From the IMG/VR virus record IMGVR_UViG_3300043442_000948: a stretch of 59,250 bases of DNA. One strand, given 5' to 3'. How positions within the stretch are numbered: the stretch's first letter is position 1; the number at the start of each line of letters is the position of its first letter. The position numbers and the translations under genes are program-made. This stretch comes from an uncultured virus (IMG/VR IMGVR_UViG_3300043442_000948). Lineage: Duplodnaviria > Heunggongvirae > Uroviricota > Caudoviricetes. This document shows positions 35,554 to 47,500 of this stretch, piece after piece. The notes below the pieces were generated by a model that saw only the letters and a program-made list of their open reading frames with translations, was not told the DNA's origin and searched no databases.

Positions 35554-38500
35554 CTAGTGGCGGTTAGCTTTCAGCCACTCGAAGTATTCTTTGTCAACGT
35601 GGCCTTGGCTGCCGATGAACCAGTTGACAGCGCGGGGGTCGCTGACATCAAAGTACACGTCTTCAATTTTTGTAAAGCGGCTTAGCATGACGTACAGGGC
35701 GGCTTCACGGGTCAAAGCAACAGTTTCACCTTTGATGTCTTCGAATACACCACATACGCCGGGGTTAGTTAACGTTAACCCCTGGCACGAATTGATCGTG
35801 GTGGCGAAGTCAGCGTGCAGCGGCAGCTGGATGAAGATGCCACTCAATGTGCCGTTAGGAAGACGACGACCAACGAACTCATGGGCGCCGATTGCAAGGG
35901 GTTTGCCATCACCGAAGTCCACTTCAACGTGGTTAGTGGCTAGTTTGGTCACGCGCCCACGGCTACCATTAGCAGCGATAAGAGTTTTCTTACTGTTGAT
36001 AATTTGGTAGATGTTCTTGCGTAACTTAACCGGCATCCCAATGGCTAAGGTTAAGTCCACGGGAATAGGACGGAACTCCCGTAGCCACTTGTCATTAGTA
36101 GCGGCTTTATAAACGACCTGACCACCGTAGGTACGTTTAGCTGTGGTCATCTCGGCAGTGCGACGCTCGTTAATATCTTCAACACGTTTGTTGTTGAAGT
36201 AGATATAAGTCACGTCGTCCAAGTTGCTAGGGCGTAACCCTTCTAAACACTGCTTAAAGCGCTCTAAAATGACGCCGGTAACTTCACCTGTTTCACGCAG
36301 GTGGTCAAGGGCTTCTTCAAAGGCACGATCGTCTTTTTGACGGACGCCAGTCTGAAGTTCAATGACCTTAAACTCACCAAACATGTAAGGCAGTGTGCCT
36401 AAATAGCCATCGATGACGGCTTGTTTGTAGAATTTCACTGCGTCTTCGCCGATAACTGGCAGCTGCCCACCATCACCGACCAACAGCACTTGGGCAAGCG
36501 GGTTATAGTACTTGATGATTTCCATCACGATGTAGAGTATCCGTGCGTCTAACATCGATACTTCATCAATTACAACCCGTAGCCGTCCTGTTTTACAGGT
36601 TAGGTTTTCCTTTACATAGTCGTTGACTTTGGCAAGGGCAATAAGTTTGTTAGCCCACTGCCAATCGTTTTCGTTGCCGCGGTCGTCACTATCAAAGGCG
36701 ATACCTAAAGCGAAGCCACTGTTGACAGTGCCTGACGCTTCTACTGCACCATCTTCCAGGTTACCGGCTAGGTTCATTACGCTGATACCAGTGGTACCAA
36801 ACGCAACAACCTTGTCACCAGCGGCAGCCCAACGGTGGATGCACTCACTGGTGATATAGGTCTTCCCTGTGCCAGCTTTACCAGTTAAGAAGACATGGTG
36901 CCCTTCGGCAACCAAGTCCATGAACTTCTGTTGGCAAGTGGTGTAGTTACCAGGGGTGAACTCAACCTTAACTGGCAGCGCTGGGGCTTTAACGGACATT
37001 ACAGTCATTGCTGTTGCTTCCTCGAGAGTAGGGACAATAGTCACTTCTTTTTTCTTATTGTCCACTACTGGTGTGGCTTCAACATCAATGGTCTGCACCA
37101 TGGTTACTGTACCATCTTCAGCTATTTCTTCCTCTTCCGTAGCGATAACGCCGTTCGGTGTTGGGTTAATAATAGGTTCCAACACAGAGGAAGCCCCGGA
37201 GGGCTCAGCAGATTCGTGGGAAATAGAATCTGCTGTGGTGGTGATTTGCTGAACCGGTTCAGGACTAGCGGCTTCACCACCATCGCCGCTGGGTTTGGGT
37301 TCGGGCTTAGGAGTAGGGCTACCACCAGTGGGTTCTTCGGGCTCATTCTTATCGTCAGAGCACGAACCGTTCGTGGGGTTAGTATAGCCAAACTTAGACA
37401 GCAGTTCAGCTACAGCCTCTTCTCCGAATTGAGCTCGAAGATTAGCAACGACGGCTTCTGCTTCAGCTAATCGTTTGACATAGGCTTGTTCTTCTGCTTT
37501 ACGTTTAGCTATAGCTTCCGCTTCGGCCTTGAAGTTAGCTAGCAGTTCATCACTAGTAGCAACGTGTGCTAAAGGTGACACCACAGGGCTAACAGGTTGC
37601 TGAACAACTACAACCGGCTCAGGGTCAGCTATAGGTTCAGTAGTAACCACGGCAGCAGGAGTAGTACCGTTGATGGCAGCATTGAGTTCTTCAGTGCTAA
37701 CTTCGTCGTCGAAGTAGGCAGCGTCTAACTCATCGTAAATCCGGTCATCTTGGTCTTCATCAGCAGGCTCGGGAGCTACTTCAGCTGGTTGTTCAGCAGT
37801 AGCGATAGCATTGTTGATTTCATTCCAACTAACTTCTTTACCATCATCTTCGTACTCACCACACCACCCATCGTCGTAGTCATCAGGGCAATCGGGCATT
37901 TCACGGTCATAGAAGTCTACACCTAAGTCGTCTTGGACTTCGTCAGGTACTTCTGTTTTAGGGCCATTGTTGACGTTTGTTAGCTCTTGGTTAAGCCAAG
38001 TAATCTCCTGAACGGGGGTTAGTTCAGGTTTAGACTCGACAACCGTGGCAGTGATGTCAACAATGGGGTCTAGTTCCATGTTGTTATCCTCCTGTTTACC
38101 GGCGCGTAGCTCCAGCTTGTAACGGAAGTAATCCATAGCTGGGCGCACGCCATCTTTATCGGCAAAGATATAACCAGCGCCGGGCATATGTGTTAGTACA
38201 TCGCCCAGGACTTCCGGCTGGAAGATTTTGCGCATTACCCACAGTACATGGGAGTGGTCAAAGGCGCCTTCAGGTATTTCCAACCCGTTGATGCTATTAC
38301 CAAGGGCGAACCAGTGGTATAGCTGACGGCTGATGAATTGGTGAGCACCAACTTTGCACTCGTCCCATTCGTTTTCACCGTTCAAGTAGCCTTTGAAGTA
38401 ACCAACCCACTTACCACGACCCATCTCGAATTGGGCTAGAGCGGTGTACATAATGAACTCGCTCAAACCAGCACCGGCCCAAGCGTGCTCACCGTACAGA

Positions 38501-41500
38501 TTGCCTTTCTCCCAACACTTCACGTCAGCGACTACGTTAAAGCAGTTGGCCATTGCAGCAGCAAGAGTATGGTTACAACCAATATCTTCTACTGCTTCGG
38601 CGAACGCAGGTAGCGTTGACTCAGTGATGTAATTGGCAACCTTCCGTTTTTCAATGGTTTTGGGTTTAGCAATCTTCTCCATAAAGGACTTCCACATGTG
38701 CCACGCAGCGGTACTGTAGGCACCAAGAATGGTTTCGTACAGTTCGGCTACTGCGGATACGATTAGGAAGGCCCGGTCGCTAACAGCCCATTGGAAGCGT
38801 GCAGGGACTTCAATACCAGCTTTGGTTAGTGCAGTGACGATATCTACGATGGCTTCAGCCATTTGATAGATACCATAGGATACACCAACCATAGTGGCAA
38901 AGACTTCCCGGGCACGGGCGTTGATAGCAGAGTAGCTGGTTACAGTACGCAGGACTACAGGCTGCTCTTTGCCTTTTTCGTCTTTCGTCGTGACGATGAC
39001 ACCGTTTTCCTCTTTATAAAGTTCGATGTCCTTGACGCTGTGCTGTACAGCGCCACCTACACAGATGTAAGAACCTAGCTGCTCCGCAATTTTGTAGCGG
39101 CTGCGTCCGTTCTTAGGCATCATGTAGTCGCCCCAGTAACACCCTTTGCGGAGCATTACGTCAAAGGCAGACTCACCTTCGTTCCGACCAACAGCGTTGG
39201 CACGGAATTCTAGGGCGGACTCGGCGGTGGTTAGAGCTGCGAACAGACGGGCTTTGGTGGCAGCGTCTTTCCAAGGCAGAATGGCTCCGTAGGTACCGTC
39301 ACCATCATCATCCCCAGCCGTCATCATGTTGTGCGCGATAGCACTGGTGATGCGGACATCAGGGTAGATGCTGTCAACGCGGACGATGGGCTCTTTGGTT
39401 TTACGGTCTACCAAAGGTTGTCCGTCGCGGTACTCGATGTACTCTAAATCGCTGGGAGCGTAGTAGAAGTTCTCGAGTTCCTTAACTGTGTTGGGCAGCA
39501 AGGTGGTTAGCACCAGAGGGCCGTCGGGCATCGGAGCCCGGGTTTCGTGGTTGAAGATGGGTGTCTTGTAGGCCTTGTGACCTTTGGACACGGCTTGAGC
39601 GAACGTAGGACAATCGTTCAAGCGGTGTTTAATCACGTCTTCGGTGTACTCACCTGTTTCGTGGTCGAAAGCAGGGTGTTCATACCCACGAACGTGGCGG
39701 CTCATCAAATCGAACTGGCGGCCAGTGTCGGAAATCAGCAACATCCAGGTAGGAATGTTGGGCAGCGACAGGGCCTTACCACCAACCAACGTGTCGCCGT
39801 TGATGTTCTTGGCGGTATTACCAGATTCGACTAAAGCCCGCAGCTTCCCACGGATGCGGTTGACATCAACACCATTAGGCATCTGACCAGCTAACAGCAC
39901 GATTAGGTACTGATAGAAGAGCATACCCGACATGGTGTCTAAGGATTCTTCACCAGACTTCAGTGAGTTCAGGTTGAACAACAACGGGGCGTAGATGTCA
40001 ATGTGACCTACTTTGGTTGTTGTATCTTCGCCGTACTCAGCGTCAAAGTCAGCGTCGAAGTAGACGTCTTCGTCATCCGTTTTAGGCTTAACCAAGTGGT
40101 TATCCTTCAGGGCACGGGCGCTGGTGGTTTCGACACGAAGAATGACGTTGCGAAGTGCAAAGCAAATCCGCTCGAAGAGTAGATTGTCCTCGGGGTCATT
40201 CAAATCGATACCCGCCAACAACGCGTGGACTTCAGCCAATCCTTGTTGGTTAGGAACAGCTTTAGACACGAAGTCACCACGGACTTTCTCTGTTTTCCAA
40301 GAGCAGAGGTTGATGACTTTGTTACCAGCGGTGCCCATGCTGCCGTCGTAGCCAGCGCAGAGCAGTTTTGCACGATAAGGCTCTTCCAAAGCACGGACGG
40401 CTTGACCCATCATGATTTCACGGATGGTGTCGCAGCCGAGCAAGCGGTAGTTAGAACGCATAGAGGAACCTAACTGAGTAGATTCACCAGCGGCCTCTTT
40501 AACCGTGCTGGACTCGAACAGCACCACATCATAGATGGGGCAGTCGCAATCTTCACGACCAACCATGGCCCAGCTACGTTGTTTGTAGCGTAGGACTTTA
40601 GTGTGGTTGGGGTTCATATAGAACCAGAAGATGTTGGCCCGCTCTTCAGCTTCCGTACCGTAGACCGTGGGGTCATTGAAGTTTACATCGGAGTAAACAA
40701 TAATGTCGCGGTTTAGCTCGGCGCCTTCTTCGTCCTGACGGAGGCGGGTACAGTTGGTCACGTTGTACATCTTGCCAATTTTGGTGGCAGCAGCGTACTC
40801 TTTGAGTAGTTCCGTACCGTAGTCACCGGCGCCAAGTTGTTGCCAGTCAACGGTAATCTGACGACCAAAGAACGCACAGAAGCGTTGCTGCAACTCATCA
40901 TATAGCCCGTCAGCGATAGCAACAGGGCACTCAACTAAGTAGTCAAGGTGACGACGCCCTTGTACTTCAAAGTTGATGTCCATAGCGCGGTTGACCATCC
41001 ATAGGAACTCTGGATGGACGCAGTCAGGGTTCAAGACAAACGTATGACCCATGATTGGAATTAACCAGTGTAGGGTGTCCGCTTTGATAACGTCTTGAGT
41101 GTAGACCACATCTACCAAACGCTCGGTGACGCCGGGGTTATCAGCGTTGAAGATGAATTCCTTCTTGACGCTGGCAAGCATCCCTTTGGCTACAGAAGAG
41201 CGAATCTTCGGCCAGTCTTCCTTCCAGGTGATAGCCCACTCAACGACCAGCTGAGTGCCTTCTTTCCCACCAACCATAGAGCAGACTTCGTAGGTACGAA
41301 CCCACTCTAGGTAACCCTTGATGTCGCGGGTCTGTTTAATAGCCCGGAGGTAGGGGCGGTTGCCTTCCAACATCACGCTGGTGTCGACGTGGGCTAACAC
41401 ATCACCGCAGCCTACTTCTTGCAACGCTTTGGGTCGGTAGTAGGTGTAGTTAACACCGTACTTCGACTCTTGAGTCACATCATAGCCACAGCCCATAAGG

Positions 41501-44500
41501 ATGGTGCCAGTGTCAATATGTAAACCAGCACCACGTTTGTACATCGAAGACTTGTAGGACATCTTCTTGGTTACAAACCCAGTGGGGCGGTGCTTCTTGC
41601 CACTGACGTGCCATGCTTCACCAGCAGGGCCGATGATGGTCATACCTAAGATGACACGCTGAGCAGTACCGATTAGGTCGCGTTCTTGCGTGTATGACCG
41701 GTAACCGCCGCGGATGCCGTAGAATCCAGGCGGCACAGTGCGTGCGGCTTGGTTATCATACTTAATCCCACGACCGTTTTCTAGCGCGGCAGCAAGTAAG
41801 GGACGACCTTCAACATCGATGACGCAACCGGAAGGTACAGACGTTGCTGCACGGAGCAGGATACGTTTTGAACCCTTTTCAACTTTCGTATTAAGGTTGA
41901 CAAAGAAGCCGGCTAAGTCACCAGAGTAACCAAGCTTAGCAACCCGCTTCTTCAGTCGGGCGTACCACTTCTTGGCATGCTTGGCTAGCAAACCACAGTC
42001 AACGTGGACTAGGTCACCGCGGAGGCCCGTTCCTTTGTTGAAGCTAAAGCCCATGCTATAGCATTCAGCAATACGGAAGATAACGGTCTCCAAGATACCG
42101 GAGTCTTTGACTTCCCCGCGCAAGCGGTAGCCACCGTAGTTGGTGGTCAGCTTCTCTGAACCTGCACCAGCGAAGTCCTTGACTTTTACCTTACCGTTGA
42201 CCACGGTCATTAGTTCAGGCTTGTGGATAGTCTGAACTTCCACTTCCTTACCTTCGACCTTCTTGGTTTCGGTGGTGAGCATCGTACCCACAATGTTGAA
42301 GCCACAGGCCTCAGCGTGGATAGTAGGGCCAGTCATGTTGACGGTACCGTCGCTCGTCACCGGGAAGTATTTGTCATACTTCGTGTGGAAGGCCTTCAGG
42401 TTGGAACTTATAGTGCGGCTATCCATACAGCTCATCAGCTTGCCGCTAAGCAAGGCTATGTAGCCATAATAGAAGAAGCGCATAAACGCTCCGTAGGAAG
42501 ATGTTGCCACGACGTCGTGAACAACTTTGACCATACCTTTCTTGGTCTTTTTGTTTTCCCACAGGACATCAATCACACCTTTGAACATGCGGGTGCGGTC
42601 GTTATCCACAACACCAATGTCATCAATGATGTAGACCAAACTACCATCTTCAATGTTGATGGCATTATCCACAAACTTGATAATTTTATCGGCGTTGGTG
42701 GTGTCAGTGGCATCATCCGGGTCAATTAGGTAACTCCGAATGATATTGACCAAGGCCTCAAAGTGCCCAACTTGCCAGTTGTAACCGCTCATCATGGGCA
42801 GGTTACCGATGGGGTCAACCCCGATACAGGCAGCCAAGTAAGCGTGGCAAGCGTAAGCAGCGGGACGTAGACCATAGTTAAGGTTCATAGTCCCTTCTTT
42901 GGTCACGGTATTGCTGCTAACCCAGCCAGCAAACTTCTCCATGCTAAAGTCTTGCCAGTTAACAGCGTTGAGTTGTTTAGAATCAACAGTTGTTAGGGCA
43001 GCGTAGTATGCCTTCAGCTCATCTGCCATGGAAGTATCGACGGCAGGAGGGGGAGTCAAAGCGTCAGCTAAGCTGGTCATATCTGGCTTGACTGAGGCAT
43101 TGTAGACGCTACGTTGGTACTCAGGGCCACCGTTGACCAAGTTGTCATAGGCTTTGCGAAGGGCCTGCATAAACAAACCGTCTTTACCAGTCCAACGGTC
43201 TGGAGCTTTAACAAGCTGCCCGTTCTTAATCAGGTTGTGGGTACAACCAGCTAAGAACTTAGCACCGCCGTGGTCGGAGATAGCTTGCAGTAACGGGCGG
43301 TGTTGCACCAACTTAGCTTCAAGTATCTCTACCATAAGTCCTAAGACATTGTCATCGGCTAGAGACTCCAAGCTTACCTTTGTCGCTTGGTAAGCATCTT
43401 CGGAGCGTTTGTAGTCAACGCCGAAGAACTTAATAGGCAACGCAGCAAGGTTGCTTAGCTGGTGGCCCAGCCCTGTTTCATAGGAGCTGATGTTAATCCC
43501 CACAGGAACCTCCGGTTTAGTAGGAGCAACTTCTTCTTTCTTGGTTACTTCTACTTGAGCGACAGGCGGCTTGCCAAGATTGACTTCAGTCAGGATGGAT
43601 GTCGGGCCATTCTTGAATCCTTTATCCAAACCTTCAACCAACCAGCTACGACCATATTCGCACAGGTCAAGACGTGGGTCGCCTTTGACTTTCGTATCAA
43701 CGAAGTCACTCTGCGGGAACATAGCTTTGGTTGTCTTGGTCTGACGCAAGAATCCATCACCGTACAGCGTGTCAACAATCGCTTCGTAGCAATGACTGTT
43801 GAAGTGGGTGATAGCACTGGGGTCAAACATGGCGCCTGGGTCATCCACAGACAGGAAGGTCATATGGTTGCAGTAGAAACGTGATTGAATCACTTTCTTG
43901 TGATTCTTAACGTCACCCACTACCTGGCCATTGACGACATCAACGTTGAGTTGACGCTGTTTAAAGCGCGGGTCAAACTCAGCATCTGCATCAGTCGCCT
44001 TACCAAAGCCATGTACACCATTGACTTCGGCTACGACCATAAACCAATAGCGTTTATTCGCTTCTGGCATACAGTTGAGCAGCCCGTCGGATTTGATGAC
44101 GTTGCTTCCCAACTGTTTAGGCTCAGTGCCATTTAGCAACAACTCTTTCAGCTTCCGGCGGCGGTCGGTTGATAGTACCGTGGGGGTAACGTCAACGTGA
44201 GCAGTCATCGCCAGTTTATCTTCAATTTTGTTTAGCTCATTGAAGACTAGCTGGATTTGAGCGTTACGGATGTTGGAGTTACGGTACCAGCCCTTGGTGC
44301 CAAAGAAGAAGTTGGCACAAGTCGGAGCTCCCGTCCGGTAGGCACGGGCTAGGAATACCATAACAGGTTCGTCATCACCCATTAGGTTGCCTAGGCCGGT
44401 GTGATTTAGCTTATGCTTTTCGTTTACCACATTGGGTAGACCTAACTCCTCGAAGTAGGTTTCCGTGTCGAACTGCCCACGAACCGGTAAGTTCAGGTTA

Positions 44501-47500
44501 CATGGGATAATTTCGTTGGCGTCGTTACGCATTAGGGGCACAAACCCCACAGAGTAACCCAAGACGTGGGCGTCGTTGAAAGCAAGCGTGTTGCTCATAC
44601 GTGCCACAATCTTGGTGCCAAACAAGCAATCAATGATTTCATTGACCATGTTTACCTCCTTAAGGTTAGGCTCTCCCTCTACTTTTTTCACGCCCGACTG
44701 CTGATTAACAGCGTCAGACGTTGGGGAAACGGGTCGACCTCCCGCCGTAGCACCAGCGTCAGCTGGAACCCCATTCATGTTCATTTGTAAATCACCAGCG
44801 CCGTATTTAGCTTTGGCAGAGGCCATGATAGCATCCGCTTGCGCTTGTATGGTAATTGGGACTACAGGAACCAGTGGTTCACCATCCAGGTCACCAAAGA
44901 ACCAGTCGTCCATAAACAAGTTCTCTTGGTCTAAGCCACGGTAGCGGTGTTTTGCTGGTTTATTCTCTAACAGCTGAGGACGTCCGAACTGCCAGGTATT
45001 CATTACCACTTGGAATAAGCGGTCACCGGTCGTTAAATCTATAGACCAATAACCAACTTCTTCGGTGTGATAAAGCGGCCCGTCCTCACCTGGGACACAT
45101 ATATCGAAGTAAATCGTACCTCGTACTGTGCCGCTAGCACGTCGGTTTTGGATAATAAGGCTAATACTGTCACCAGTCCAGTACTTAACCTCTTTCTCTT
45201 CCTTGGCATATATCATTTCACTGATAGTTTGGAAGAGCCAACCTTCTTGGATAGGCACCGCTTTTTCATACCCCATCTTTTCGCTGGGGCGAGCCACTTC
45301 CAACCGCTGTACGTTGTGTTGGTAGGCCAGGTAGGTGTTCCCAGCAACGTCCTCTACGTGGTAGTCATCTGTGCCAAGAGTACGCACGTAGTAGGTGAAC
45401 CCATTAACGTCCATTCCAACACGTTTGTTTTCTGGGTCATGTATAAGGTCACTATTCGGGCGACCAAAATGACCTATCAACAAGTCAATCGCACGCCGGT
45501 TAATCTGACGCCCTGGAAGTACATACTTAGGTGCCTCAATCACACCTGTTTGAGGGTTGTAAGATACTTTCTCTAACTCATGGACGTAGCATTTGCCTTG
45601 CTTGGCCCGTGTAGTATAGGTACGGTAAGTCAGACTCTTGTTAGCGCCTAAGTCGTAGACGTCGTAAGGCCCGAAACTATCACCGAAGCTATCCTGATAG
45701 CCAGCGCTATTAGACGGGCAGTACATTAAATAATGTCCGTCAGTGCGCTTTTCACCACTAAGCGGGTTTTCTGCGAGACCATCGGCGTTTACACCAACTA
45801 ACCCATACTCTCCACTGAGTATAGGTAACCCATGTTTGTAGCCGCGGGCTAAGCAAGTGCGGTGCCACCAGTCAGCAAGTTCGTGTAACTTACTGTTTAG
45901 TAATTCGACGCTTCCATAGACCCGGTCTACGAATAACCCTGATACTTCTGTGTAGTCAGCGTCAGCATACATCAACCGCAGTTTAGCGCGAGCTTGATAC
46001 CCCTTACCATCAATAGACCAAGGTTCACCAACGGTCCATAGGAACAGACTTGCTCCGTAGAACTTCTTGTCCCCATCTATTTCTATGAGGTCAAGGTCAT
46101 ACCCTTTGGGGTCAAACTCTTCTGTACGTTGGCAGCTCTTGTAATAAATACTGTTGCCTTGGTCATAAAGAGCGTACTCTTCTGTTTCCCAAACTTTGCT
46201 TTTTCCGTTAGTATCAACAGAAAGAAGCTTAGATACTTTATCAGCAGGAACACCTGCATTGATAAGTACCTTGCTAAGTTTGGGTGAACGGGAGCCTAGC
46301 TCTTTAGCACGCTCTTTGGTGAGTTGGCGGTCTTTCCATTCTTTATGGGTTAACCGAATGCCATACTGAGCCTTGATTAAAGCCAACATGGAGGCAGTTT
46401 CGTCAGGCAATGGCAATACGTCGACGATAGGAACCAATTGCATCTGAAGATCACCAACAGCGCCGTATTCACAACGGACGGTGTTGACGACTGTTTCAGC
46501 AACCATATCCTGAACGTCAACGAGCTGCCATGCAAACAACTCATCCATCACTTCGGCTGCCCGTTGATAAGCCTCTACCGCCAACTGGTGTTGGTGGTAA
46601 TCTTCTTGCCACGGTTCCAGCGGGTCGTCCCACTCATCAAACTGGTCTTCTTCACCGACCGGCCCTTCTTCAAATAAGGGCTCATACGTCCAGCAGGGCT
46701 TCCAGTCCTTCTGCTGATCACGTTTGACACCACCATAAAGATGGTTCAGGGCCGATTGACCATCTTTACGACGGTTATACGACCCGTCCGCCATCATTCG
46801 GCGGTAGTGAACTGATAAGGGGAGTTCATCTTCAGTCCGCCGAGTGCGACGGAACTTGCCAGTCTTAGCCATGGGGGTTTCGACTCCATTAGCTAACTGA
46901 AATCGTGAGTTGCCCTGGCGGAGGGCGTCGGACTTCATAGTACGGGTAACAGGCCGCTGGGTAGTCACAGTTGTGACCGTGGTCCGTTTGACCGGTGGGG
47001 TCACTACTTTATAGGTAGTGACTTTGGTTACTTGTCCGCCCCGGTGGGCATAAATACGAAGCCACTCGAAGTAGCCGAGACGGTCTGCTTTCCAGACCGT
47101 TTTGATTTTGCGCTGCTTACGTGCAGCAGCGCGCTGCTTGGTCGTCAAGGGACGACTGAGTTTGCTACCAGAATACTTTTGCCGGCGCTTGCGATTGGCG
47201 CGGGCAATCATTTGATTGATTTTGCGGGAATTCATTTGTTTAGCACGAACGGTTCGTGCGATATAGGTTTTGGCAATAAAGCCCTTACCGCCCCGACGAG
47301 GGGTGCCATTGCGGCGGGCAAGAAGGTGGGTGACTGAAACTAAACTGAAGCGGGCACGGTTCAATACACGGCGGGCTTGTTTATGGTTGTCGCGGGCAGT
47401 AGCGATGACCGTTGTGACATCATCAACTGTAGGGGTAGTAATAGTAGGGATAGTGGCCCGGACTTTCTTGACTAAAGACTCTGCCCACTCACGTCGGAGG

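Noticed and set aside
40036..40062. FDADFDAE in the giant ORF as the NADFDGD polymerase motif
   Set aside because: Lacks the final GD and sits in an acidic low-complexity loop; GDDDGD at 39298-39315 fits DxDGD and has the upstream RxP
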